A DNA stretch of 32,000 nt from an uncultured Chloroflexia bacterium (GTDB lineage Bacteria > Chloroflexota > Anaerolineae > Anaerolineales > Anaerolineaceae), in the NCBI GenBank assembly GCA_963704755.1, contig OY969938.1, forward strand, positions 4,380,001 through 4,412,000, given 5' to 3'. Under the pieces are notes generated by a model. That model saw nothing but the letters and a program-made list of their open reading frames with translations. It had not been told where the DNA came from and ran no database searches. Numbering within the stretch: position 1 is the stretch's first letter; every line of letters begins with the position of its first letter. A program made the translations under genes and the position numbers. Below, in pieces: positions 17,057-25,087 of the stretch.

Positions 17057-17086
17057 CTTGCTGAATTTTATGATCAGTTCAGCAAG
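17057..17086 (+). other. Perfect 9-bp hairpin (CTTGCTGAA-N12-TTCAGCAAG) downstream of 16531-17031
   Basis: The arms lie at 17057-17065 and 17078-17086. No U-tract follows, so a terminator function is uncertain. Confidence 0.35.
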
Positions 17087-17130
17087 AACCCCGCAAAGCA
17101 CAATCCCCCTAAAAACACATAGGACCAAAA

Positions 17131-17472
17131 ATGCAACTTAAAGTTGACTACCAGATATTGATAGTAATCTTGTGCATGTTCCTGTTTTATTTACGCCTGG
17201 CGCTATTGAGGGGCCAAAAAAGACGTCAGGAGCGAGAAGCAATGCTCAAGGCCAAGAAATCCGGAAAGAAGGGGGCCAGGGCGAAAATCATCGATGACCC
17301 CCGAAAACTAAAATATCAGGTTACCAGTTGGGCGCTGGTGGGCATCGCCAGCGTGTTGATGCTGGTGGGGCTGGCTTCCAGGCAAACACCCGCTTTCCCC
17401 GACCTCATGAACCAATACTGGTATATCATCACGTCGGTTGGGGTGCTGTTGTTTATTTTTTGCTTTAAATGA
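17131..17472 (+). CDS. Small membrane protein (113 aa, about 3 TM segments, lysine-rich loop)
   Basis: Hydrophobic segments ILIVILCMFLFYLRLALL, WALVGIASVLMLVGLA and YIITSVGVLLFIFCF, with the basic loop RGQKRRQEREAMLKAKKSGKKGARAK. Confidence 0.55.
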   Translation: MQLKVDYQILIVILCMFLFYLRLALLRGQKRRQEREAMLKAKKSGKKGARAKIIDDPRKLKYQVTSWALVGIASVLMLVGLASRQTPAFPDLMNQYWYIITSVGVLLFIFCFK

Positions 17473-17477
17473 GCCTG

Positions 17478-17696
17478 TCAGCGCAGGAAGAAGGACAGGG
17501 CGATCAAGATGACAATGAAGGAGCCGGCCAGAGTACCAATCCGTTTTAGGTCTTTGACGACGTAAGAATAATCCGGGTTGAATTCTTCTGGTGTGGTTGC
17601 GCGTGTCACGGCTTGGACGGGTGCGACCCGAACGGCCTGGGCCTCTTTCACTTTGCCGCTGCTTGTGGTGCGTTTTCGTTTATTGTTGCTGCTCAT
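17478..17696 (-). CDS. Small tail-anchored membrane protein (72 aa) immediately downstream of the sortase gene
   Basis: The internal ATG at 17696 has an AGGAG RBS and lies 20 nt after the sortase stop. The protein is MSSNNKRKRTTSSGK...FNPDYSYVVKDLKRIGTLAGSFIVILIALSFFLR. The longer ORF start would overlap the sortase gene. Confidence 0.6.
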   Translation of the reverse strand: MSSNNKRKRTTSSGKVKEAQAVRVAPVQAVTRATTPEEFNPDYSYVVKDLKRIGTLAGSFIVILIALSFFLR

Positions 17697-17716
17697 TTTT
17701 AAGCTCCTGAGATTGG

Positions 17717-18628
17717 TTAACGCTGCTCGGTCAGAACAGCGGTCACTACAATACGCTGGTTGTCTACCAGGTAGGGATAACAAGAGATCAAAGTTGTGAC
17801 GGGCTCGAGAGTTGCCGCCATAACTTCAACGCGGGTTGGTTCAACCGTTTGCGTCTGCTGGACGGTATAGACGTACGCGCGTTGGCTGGTGTAAATGATT
17901 ACCTCGTCGCCGGTCTTGAGTTTGTCAAGGTCCTTGAAGATCTCACCGAACACATCGTTGTGGGCTGAAAGGACCAGGTTGCCTTTTTCGCCCGGGTTGG
18001 GCGATCCGACATGTTCTCCGACGCCTTTCTTAAGCTGTTCCCAGCCATCGCCTTGCACGACCGGGGCGTCGATGCCAATCGCCGGGATCTGGATCCGTAC
18101 GGCCTGCTCCGGGCTAGGGGTGGGGATGGGGATATCCGCCAGGGTCTGGACCAGGGGACGCAAATGCTCGGGTATTTCGGCGTCGTTGGGCTGGACCCCG
18201 CCGGGTGAATTGGGCGGTGTGTGGCCGGAAGGGAGCACCACGGCCTGGATCACGGGGGTCGGCGTAAAGGTGGGGAGAGATAAGGAGGGCGAGACCTCGT
18301 TTTTAAGGTTGGTGATCACCGAAAAGCCATTGAAGAGGACAAAAGCCAGGCCAAGGATCGCGGCAATCTCCACCACCAGCAAAAAACGGTCAAGAAAGGT
18401 GTGTTTCCTGGCTGGGCGCAAGGCCGGCATGTCACTGTCTTCTTCGAGCGCCTGGGTATTTGCGCTTTCGAATGTGGATGGCATGGCTTGTGGCTCAACC
18501 ACGACGATGCGACCGGAGCGCCTGAACCTTTCCAGACGCTGCTGGCGGTCCGCGCGCTGCTTCTCTACCAGTATGTGACGTAATTCTTCGACTGACAGGT
18601 CTTCAACTGAGCGCCGGCGAGCCACCAT
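17717..18628 (-). CDS. Sortase-family transpeptidase with an N-terminal membrane anchor
   Basis: 303 aa with a TM segment FLLVVEIAAILGLAFVLFNGF. The catalytic region has LVLSAHNDVFGEIFKDLDKLKTGDEVIIY (His), TLISCYPY (the TLxTC-type Cys motif) and a downstream Arg (NQRIVV). Confidence 0.85.
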   Translation of the reverse strand: MVARRRSVEDLSVEELRHILVEKQRADRQQRLERFRRSGRIVVVEPQAMPSTFESANTQALEEDSDMPALRPARKHTFLDRFLLVVEIAAILGLAFVLFNGFSVITNLKNEVSPSLSLPTFTPTPVIQAVVLPSGHTPPNSPGGVQPNDAEIPEHLRPLVQTLADIPIPTPSPEQAVRIQIPAIGIDAPVVQGDGWEQLKKGVGEHVGSPNPGEKGNLVLSAHNDVFGEIFKDLDKLKTGDEVIIYTSQRAYVYTVQQTQTVEPTRVEVMAATLEPVTTLISCYPYLVDNQRIVVTAVLTEQR

Positions 18629-18744
18629 CCAGGTCCTTTCCCATCCGGGCTGGGGGATGCATCCTGGATTATACCCGATTCCTGCATTCGTATTGAATTA
18701 AGGTGTCTACTCAGTTTCCGAAAAAAGGCGGAGAGTTTTTATTT

Positions 18745-18790
18745 TTTTTTGCGTGCTTCGCAGGCGAGAGTGATAAAAACTTCCTACTTT
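18745..18790. repeat. Degenerate copy of the palindromic element seen at 20665-20733
   Basis: GAGTTTTTATTTTTTTTTGCGTGCTTCGCAGGCGAGAGTGATAAAAACTTCC shares GTTTTTAT-T(n)-GCGTGC...ATAAAAC-TCC with the larger palindrome. Its internal inverted repeat is AGTTTTTAT / ATAAAAACT. Confidence 0.5.
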
Positions 18791-19057
18791 ACAAACTGGC
18801 CTGAGTGATTATGGATTAAGAATTTATCCGAAAACAACAAAGCCTTTTTCAGCGCGATAAGCGGGTGCGCCAGGATTCCTATCCCGGTTATCTCGGAAAA
18901 TAGAAATCCTTAACCAGCTCTAATTTTAGGGCCCCCAAACTGCTTGCCAGATATGGTAATATTTGATAGTTAATTTGGGCTCAATTGCCTGCATCACTTG
19001 GGTGAAGCGTCGAAGGCAATCAGATGCCTTTGGCCATCGAACACGTTGAGTCATTTT

Positions 19058-19966
19058 ATGAGATCATTTAAGGTATTTACGATCCTTGTTTTGGTGAGTT
19101 TTCTGGCGGCCAGGCCGGTTAAAGCCCAGTCGACAGTGGGCTACGATGCGATGCAAATCGATATCTGGCCCGAGTACGATCGCCCGGACGTTCTGGTGAT
19201 CTACCGGATGACACTTTCATCACAACTGACTTTGCCCACCCAGGTGAGCGTAGAAATCCCTCAGGGTATGGAACTGAACAGCCTGGCCTGGCAAGATGTA
19301 GATGGTTCACTTTACGTCCTCTCCTACACTACTGAGGTGGTGGGGGATTGGCAGAAAATTACTTTCAGCGCGCCTTCGGCAAAAATCCAGGTGGAATATT
19401 ATGACACACGGATGACCCGGGCACAGGGGCTGCGTTCTTTCGACTTTTCCTGGATCAGCCCGGCGGCCATCACCGACCTGGTTGTATCGGTTCAACAGCC
19501 GGTCAACGCAACCAATATGCAAATCACGCCAGATTTTGGAGCGGGACAATCCCAATCGGACGGGCTGGTCTACTACACCTACGATGTCGGCAAGGTTAGC
19601 AGTGGAACACCCTTAGACGTATCCTTAACGTACCAGAAAAACGATGACAGCCTGAGCGCCAACCAGCAGCCTGTGCAGGCCTCGTCGCCGATCTCCGGCA
19701 AGACCGACTTCGGTCGTTATTTGCCCTGGGCGCTCATTGGGTTAGCGGCGCTGCTGATCGTCGGGGGATTGGGCTGGTATTTCGGCTACCGCGATACATC
19801 TCGGCCAAAACAAAGAAGTCGCGGGCGCCGTTCCAGCGTGCTGGTCAAACGCGAAGCGGTGATTAACCACGACGCCCAGGAAGTTGTGCATTGCCATCGC
19901 TGCGGCCGTAAGGCTAACCCGGGGGACGTGTATTGCCGTACCTGCGGAACTCGCCTGCGCTCATAA
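19058..19966 (+). CDS. Type-I membrane protein: signal peptide, ~210-aa extracytoplasmic domain, one TM, and a cytoplasmic tail ending in a CxxC-x11-CxxC zinc ribbon
   Basis: The start is placed at ATG 19058 (MRSFKVFTILVLVSFLAARPVKAQ, a signal-peptide-like sequence). The TM segment is WALIGLAALLIVGGLGWYFGY and the tail is RSRGRRSS...VHCHRCGRKANPGDVYCRTCGTRL. Confidence 0.65.
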   Translation: MRSFKVFTILVLVSFLAARPVKAQSTVGYDAMQIDIWPEYDRPDVLVIYRMTLSSQLTLPTQVSVEIPQGMELNSLAWQDVDGSLYVLSYTTEVVGDWQKITFSAPSAKIQVEYYDTRMTRAQGLRSFDFSWISPAAITDLVVSVQQPVNATNMQITPDFGAGQSQSDGLVYYTYDVGKVSSGTPLDVSLTYQKNDDSLSANQQPVQASSPISGKTDFGRYLPWALIGLAALLIVGGLGWYFGYRDTSRPKQRSRGRRSSVLVKREAVINHDAQEVVHCHRCGRKANPGDVYCRTCGTRLRS

Positions 19967-20117
19967 ATGGTAATGCGCCGCTTTATTTTTGGGTTAAATT
20001 AATCTGCTGAAAATAGCCATCCCTTGCGTTGGGCTTGATTTTTAGTGGTATACTGACTCTTACTTTACAGGTAAAAATTGGATTATCTGGCGATAATTTT
20101 GCCTTGAATGTTTTATC

Positions 20118-20426
20118 ATGAAATTAGATACTCTCCGTAGCGACGTCCCAGAAAGAATCATCCCTTGCACTGAGTGCCAGGCGGGTCAGATGCACCGTCA
20201 ATTCGTGGTTTATTACACCTGGATTGGCGACGACTTAATCACCGTACCGGATTTTCCTGCCTGGGTGTGTGATGTGTGCGGCCGGCGCGATTATGATAAC
20301 CAGGCGCTCAACCGGCTTTCGCTGATTTTGAGCCCCAATGCCGGCAACGCGACTAGTCACCGGCGGCGTGTACGTAAACCCACTGACCAGAAGCCCAAAG
20401 GTCATCAGCCCAGCCAACCGGATTAG
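20118..20426 (+). CDS. YgiT-type (MqsA N-terminal-like) zinc-finger protein, without an HTH domain
   Basis: 102 aa with CTECQAG...VCDVCGRRDYDNQALNRL, the YgiT CxxC...CxxC pattern, followed by a basic low-complexity tail. Confidence 0.7.
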   Translation: MKLDTLRSDVPERIIPCTECQAGQMHRQFVVYYTWIGDDLITVPDFPAWVCDVCGRRDYDNQALNRLSLILSPNAGNATSHRRRVRKPTDQKPKGHQPSQPD

Positions 20427-20450
20427 TTTTTTAAAAACACCCCAAACGCG

Positions 20451-20479
20451 TTGACGATCCTGGGGAGTGATGATACAAT
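20451..20479 (+). promoter_or_regulatory. Sigma70-like promoter of tRNA-Lys (TTGACG-17-TACAAT)
   Basis: TTGACG at 20451-20456, a 17-nt spacer and TACAAT at 20474-20479, 12 nt upstream of the tRNA 5-prime end. Confidence 0.65.
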
Positions 20480-20491
20480 GTTGCTCGTTCT

Positions 20492-20563
20492 GGGCGCGTA
20501 GCTCAATGGTAGAGCAGTGGCCTTTTAAGCCATTGGTTAAGGGTTCGAGCCCCTTCGCGCTCA
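20492..20563 (+). tRNA. tRNA-Lys (anticodon UUU)
   Basis: Manual cloverleaf: acceptor GGGCGCG/CGCGCTC, D arm GCTC-AATGGTA-GAGC, anticodon arm GTGGC-CTTTTAA-GCCAT, T arm AAGGG-TTCGAGC-CCCTT, discriminator A. CCA is not encoded. Confidence 0.93.
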
Positions 20564-20569
20564 CAGAAT

Positions 20570-20590
20570 AATCCCCGCATGGGGATTTTT
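20570..20590 (+). terminator. Intrinsic terminator after tRNA-Lys
   Basis: AATCCCC-GCAT-GGGGATT followed directly by a T-run (GGGGATTTTTAA). Confidence 0.75.
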
Positions 20591-20664
20591 AATTTAAGGA
20601 TAAGGCCGGGTCGGCTGCCCGCTTCAATTTCAAACATTTTTTGTTACTACTCAGGCTAGTTCGG

Positions 20665-20733
20665 AAATTAGGGATGTTTTTATTGTTTTTCGCGTGCGCA
20701 GTACGCGAAAAAACATAAAACATCCCTAATTTT
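20665..20733. repeat. Long imperfect palindrome (about 31-nt arms, 7-nt loop)
   Basis: AAATTAGGGATGTTTTTATTGTTTTTCGCGT-gcgcagt-ACGCGAAAAAACATAAAACATCCCTAATTT. It is followed by TTTT on the plus strand and lies between the tRNA-Lys terminator and the STAND-LuxR gene. Confidence 0.85.
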
Positions 20734-20841
20734 TGCGATAGCTGAGAATTTACCATTTTTAGAGAAATTAGTTGATATAATAGATAGAAATTAGAAACGA
20801 CTACTCGCTTTCGATTTGGTTTCGTGAAACAGGTGGATTGT

Positions 20842-23304
20842 ATGTCGGGAGAAGAAACCAAATTACCTGTTCCTCTGGGTAGCTTCGTAGGACGTCAACC
20901 AGAAATTGACTCATTACAACAACTGATTAACTCGGGGGTACGCCTGATTACTCTCACCGGTTTTGGTGGGGTGGGTAAAACGCGCCTGGCTATAGAGATA
21001 ATTCGTCGAGTAGCGCCTAACTTTGCAGGGGGAACTGTGTTTATCCCGCTGGAGACCCTGGATGATTCTGAACAAGTGCTTTGGGCAATTGCTAGAGCAG
21101 TAGGCGTTAATGAAAGTGGCGTACACCAGATATTCGATGACTTGTGTGCTGTTTTGCAGGAAACCGATACCCTGATTTGTTTGGATAATTGCGAGCATGT
21201 CTTGGAAGTGGCGCCTAAGATTGCTGAATTATTGAGTGCTTGTCCCGATTTGCATATTCTGGCAACGAGCCGCGAAGCATTACGATTACGCGAGGAAAAG
21301 GAATTCCATGTTTCTACCCTCGATTTACCTCGTTGCAGCGATCAGCGAGACTCCGAATCGGTTTTGAAATCTCCGGCGGTGCTGCTCTTTGTCGATCGGG
21401 TCAGGTCGTTACGCCCAAATTTTGAAGTCAGCGAACATAATGCAGCTCCGGTCGCCGAAATTTGCTGCCTGTTAGATGGTCTGCCCTTAGCTCTGGAGCT
21501 AGGGGCAGCCATGTTAAGGTTATTCTCGCCGAACACTTTGCTGGCCAGGTTGAAAAGTGATCAGGCATTGGGAAAAGGGTCAGCCACTATGGATTTATTG
21601 TCCAACGGACCGGTTGACCTCCCCAGACGGCAGCAGACCTTGCGAGCGACCATCGATTGGAGCTATTACCTGCTCAAAACCAGTGAACAGATTGTCTTCA
21701 GCCGGTTAGGGGTATTTGCTGGGGGTGCAACCATAGATGGAATCGAAGCGGTATGTCTGGATCCAGACCTTACGCCGGCCGCCCTTCTCAGCATTCTGGT
21801 TTCGCTGGTGGATAAAAACCTGCTGCGGGCCGATCCGTCTGGCGCGGAGGAGCGTTTTTATTTGCTGAAAACCATCCAGGAATACGCCTTGGAGCAATTG
21901 GAAAATAAAGAAGAAACCCAAAGTATCCGCGAACGGCATGCGAATTATTACCTCGATTTTGCGGAAAAAGCCAGGAAGGAGCTGAAGGGGGCGGATCAGG
22001 CCAAATGGCTCGATCTGTTCGAGCTGGAGCACGATAATTGTATCGAAACGCTAAAATGGTCTTTGCAACAAGGCAAAAGCGAAATCACGTGCAAGATGGC
22101 CAATGTCATGTCGATGTACTGGACAAACCGCGGGTATTTCTCGGAAGGCAGGTTCTGGTTCGATAAAGCCCTGGCAGTCTCAAGTGATGTGCCTATTGAA
22201 TTGCAAATAAAGGTGTTCAATGGGCTCGCTATTATGGCCTGGTATCAGTGCGATTACGGGGTTTCGCGAAAATTCCATACCCAGTGCCTCGAATTACGTC
22301 GGCAAATAAACGACCGCCGTGGAATCGCAAATTCTTTGCACAACCTGGGGATCGATGCGCTCAGGAGAAGGGATAACGATGCAGCGCTGGCCTGTTTTCA
22401 AGAGGGTGAGGCGCTTTACCGTGAAGTAGGGGATCTATGGGGCGCTGCAGACGAATTAACCCAAATTGGAGTGGTATTACAAAAACAAAAAGATTTTGAC
22501 GGTGCGCGAAAGTATATTGAGCAAGGCTGGGCTATGCTACGGGAAATGGAAGATACCCAGGGAGTGGCCGGGTCATACCTTTTATTAGGATCAGTCGCAG
22601 AAGACCAGGCGCTTTATGATGAAGCCAGACGTCACTACAGCCAGGGCAAATCGTTGTTTGATGAGGTTGGTGACCTTTGGGGGAGCGCCATGGCTGTTTA
22701 CAACCTTGGCGTTATTGCCTTGAAACAGCAAGATCTACGAGAGGCAGAAATATGTTTTACGAATAGCTTGAAAACCAGATCTGAGTTAGGTGATAAGAAT
22801 GGAATTGCCTATTGCCTGGAAGGGGCGGGCTGCCTGGCAATCGCACAGTTAGCCCCCAAGAAAGCGTGCCAATTGTTAGGCGCAGCAGAAGCCTTGAGAG
22901 AGGCGCTTGGATCGCCCCTGGATGAAACAGAGGCTGCAGAACTTGGCCATTTTATTCACATGGCCGAGGCTCAAATAGGGGAAGAAGCTTTTAATCAGGC
23001 CTGGAACGCTGGGAAAAGGTTACGCCTGGACCAGGCTACACACTATGCGCTACAACCAACGAAAAGAGAAGATCGGGCTATTGATCGCAAAGGGAAAGGG
23101 CCGTCGTTCCCGGCCGGCTTGACCGAGCGTGAGGTAGAGGTCTTGAAATGGGTGGCCCTGGGGTTGAGCGACGCAGAAGTCTCACGGAAACTGGTGATCA
23201 GCCCCAGGACGGTCAATGCTCATCTGACCTCAATTTATAGCAAAATCGGGGTGAAGTCTCGGGCAGCCGCGACCCGTTTTGCGATTGAAAAGAGGCTGAT
23301 CTAG
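20842..23304 (+). CDS. Large STAND NTPase-TPR-LuxR family transcriptional regulator (LAL/AfsR-like architecture)
   Basis: ATG at 20842 with an AGGTGG RBS. P-loop GFGGVGKTRLA and Walker B LICLDNCEHV are present, followed by multiple TPR-like repeats (NSLHNLGI..., LGSVAEDQALYDEARRHY...). The C-terminal LuxR HTH is LTEREVEVLKWVALGLSDAEVSRKLVISPRTVNAHLTSIYSKIGV. Confidence 0.88.
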   Translation: MSGEETKLPVPLGSFVGRQPEIDSLQQLINSGVRLITLTGFGGVGKTRLAIEIIRRVAPNFAGGTVFIPLETLDDSEQVLWAIARAVGVNESGVHQIFDDLCAVLQETDTLICLDNCEHVLEVAPKIAELLSACPDLHILATSREALRLREEKEFHVSTLDLPRCSDQRDSESVLKSPAVLLFVDRVRSLRPNFEVSEHNAAPVAEICCLLDGLPLALELGAAMLRLFSPNTLLARLKSDQALGKGSATMDLLSNGPVDLPRRQQTLRATIDWSYYLLKTSEQIVFSRLGVFAGGATIDGIEAVCLDPDLTPAALLSILVSLVDKNLLRADPSGAEERFYLLKTIQEYALEQLENKEETQSIRERHANYYLDFAEKARKELKGADQAKWLDLFELEHDNCIETLKWSLQQGKSEITCKMANVMSMYWTNRGYFSEGRFWFDKALAVSSDVPIELQIKVFNGLAIMAWYQCDYGVSRKFHTQCLELRRQINDRRGIANSLHNLGIDALRRRDNDAALACFQEGEALYREVGDLWGAADELTQIGVVLQKQKDFDGARKYIEQGWAMLREMEDTQGVAGSYLLLGSVAEDQALYDEARRHYSQGKSLFDEVGDLWGSAMAVYNLGVIALKQQDLREAEICFTNSLKTRSELGDKNGIAYCLEGAGCLAIAQLAPKKACQLLGAAEALREALGSPLDETEAAELGHFIHMAEAQIGEEAFNQAWNAGKRLRLDQATHYALQPTKREDRAIDRKGKGPSFPAGLTEREVEVLKWVALGLSDAEVSRKLVISPRTVNAHLTSIYSKIGVKSRAAATRFAIEKRLI

Positions 23305-23431
23305 TTCTTCTGGAACTGCTCTGCCCAATAGGTCAGAACCCGGTTAATTCAGAAGCCCTTTAACGCGAGCATGAGAGGTTGCAAAGGATCTTGTCCGTTC
23401 CAAAAAATATATGCCTTGAAAAGGGGGCGAT

Positions 23432-24544
23432 ATGAAGTTTAATACTCCCAATAAGCATTCCGTTCGGTTTCGGCAAATAATATTTTTGGTAATTTTCCTG
23501 GGATGTACGATGTTCCTGGGTGAAGCGATGGCCGGAAATCCGCCAGTTTTAGGGGATCCGCCGGTATCTCCACCTGAAGAACAACAGCGATCCCTATCGA
23601 TCAATAACCATGCGGTTTTTGCCTGTAGCTCCCCGGATTGCCGGTTTGTCTATTTGCCTATCGTTACACGGCTTAATTTAAACCTTGATCGCCAGACGGC
23701 CTTGAATTTATATTTGCAAGAATATCTGCCAACCGAAAATGTTCCTGACGGATGGACCGGAAATCGAAGCAATTGCGAGCCTGGTACGACCAGTCAAACC
23801 TTTCGTGATGCGATTTTGCAACGGATAAATTATTTTCGGCAAATGGCCGGGGTGCCTAATTTACTTGGGCTTACCGACGAAAAAAATCGTCAAGCGCAGG
23901 CCGCGGCCCTGATGATGAGCGTCAACAACCAGCTTAACCATACCCCACCTTCAAGCTGGACCTGTTATACAGAAGATGGACGCCAGGGTGCGGGAAGTTC
24001 GGATCTCTTTCTGGGTGTTTATGGCCCTGATGCGATTACCGGGTATATTTTTGACTACGGAGATGGCAACACCGCTGCGGGGCACCGCCGTTGGATCCTT
24101 GACCCACCTACGGAATGGATGGGGACAGGCGACATCCCACCGGTGGGTGGAGCAGCCAGCAATGCGCTATTTGTCTTTGACGATTCGATGTGGAACGATC
24201 GCCCGATTACGCGCGAGGAATTTGTCGCCTGGCCCCCACCCGGGTATGTTCCCTACCTGGTCGTCAATTCGCGCTGGTCGTTTGCGTATCCGCAGGCTGA
24301 TTTTTCTCAAGCACACGTATCGATGACCCTGGCCAACAGCTCGCTTCCGGTTACGCAGTTTACCCCTGTCGCCGGGTTTGGTGAAAATACATTGGTCTGG
24401 CAGATAAACGGCGCGAGCGCCTATCAATCGCTGCCCCGTCCTGCCAATGATCAAACCTATACGGTTTCAATTACCCACATCTTGATTGGCGGAGTCTCAC
24501 AGGATTTTACCTATGCGGTGATCCTTTTTGACCCGGCAAATTAA
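23432..24544 (+). CDS. Secreted CAP/SCP (cysteine-rich secretory protein/PR-1-like) domain protein with a C-terminal extension
   Basis: Signal-like N-terminus IIFLVIFLGCTMFLGEAMAG. CAP-type motifs are FRDAILQRINYFRQMAGVPNL...AQAAALMMSVNNQLNH and GHRRWILDP. Confidence 0.75.
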   Translation: MKFNTPNKHSVRFRQIIFLVIFLGCTMFLGEAMAGNPPVLGDPPVSPPEEQQRSLSINNHAVFACSSPDCRFVYLPIVTRLNLNLDRQTALNLYLQEYLPTENVPDGWTGNRSNCEPGTTSQTFRDAILQRINYFRQMAGVPNLLGLTDEKNRQAQAAALMMSVNNQLNHTPPSSWTCYTEDGRQGAGSSDLFLGVYGPDAITGYIFDYGDGNTAAGHRRWILDPPTEWMGTGDIPPVGGAASNALFVFDDSMWNDRPITREEFVAWPPPGYVPYLVVNSRWSFAYPQADFSQAHVSMTLANSSLPVTQFTPVAGFGENTLVWQINGASAYQSLPRPANDQTYTVSITHILIGGVSQDFTYAVILFDPAN

Positions 24545-24787
24545 AGCCAGGCCTGGCTGGAGCAGAAAAAATTATTGCAGGGCTTTTGGGGCAGGTCGAT
24601 GGGCTTGCTTAGAAATTTTAATTAGCAAGATTCCTGACGATTAGAAAGGTTCGACAAAAAAACGTTGCTTATCGACCAATGGCAAACAAGATTTACTTTG
24701 ATAGAAACTCCCCCCCGGTTTTTAAATGATCATTTCTTATTAATGATTATAACTTTTTTATATTTCCGGAATTTTCGATCTAAAAAG

Positions 24788-24816
24788 TTGCTTGTTGCGT
24801 GGCGAGCAGGTATATT
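24788..24816 (+). promoter_or_regulatory. Candidate promoter (TTGCTT-17-TATATT) giving a ~265-nt leader for the epimerase gene
   Basis: TTGCTT at 24788-24793, a 17-nt spacer and TATATT at 24811-24816. Confidence 0.4.
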
Positions 24817-25087
24817 ATAGATTAAATATTGAAATTGTCATCAATCGCTTCTTGAAGATCGATGACAGTTCCGCCGGGTTGTTGGATGGGTGAAGATTGT
24901 CGGGAAAGAGTAGCCCAAAACAACGCGGCTTGAAAAATTCGATTGCATTGCGAGCAGATTTTCGCCGGGTGGAATGTCTCGTCTACCCGCCGGTGAGCTG
25001 TCGAACAGGGGAGCACGAGATCCCGCTAAGTTCGCGGTATGGCCAGAATAGTCCATCATATTATTCGTTCTTACTAAAGGATATACC

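Noticed and set aside
20118-20426. MqsR/MqsA toxin-antitoxin module
   Set aside because: Only the zinc-finger half of an MqsA-like protein is present. There is no HTH domain and no adjacent small toxin ORF.
20589-20861. 90-aa minus-strand ORF between tRNA-Lys and the STAND regulator
   Set aside because: It runs through the tRNA terminator and the 69-nt palindrome, has no RBS, is AT-rich and low-complexity, and overlaps the start of the regulator gene.
20492-25087. Integrated genomic island or prophage remnant at tRNA-Lys
   Set aside because: There is no integrase, and I found no convincing direct repeat of the tRNA 3-prime end. The closest match is a short AAGGTTCGAC near 24648. Only the compositional shift supports the idea, so it is reported as a low-interest finding and not as a mobile element.
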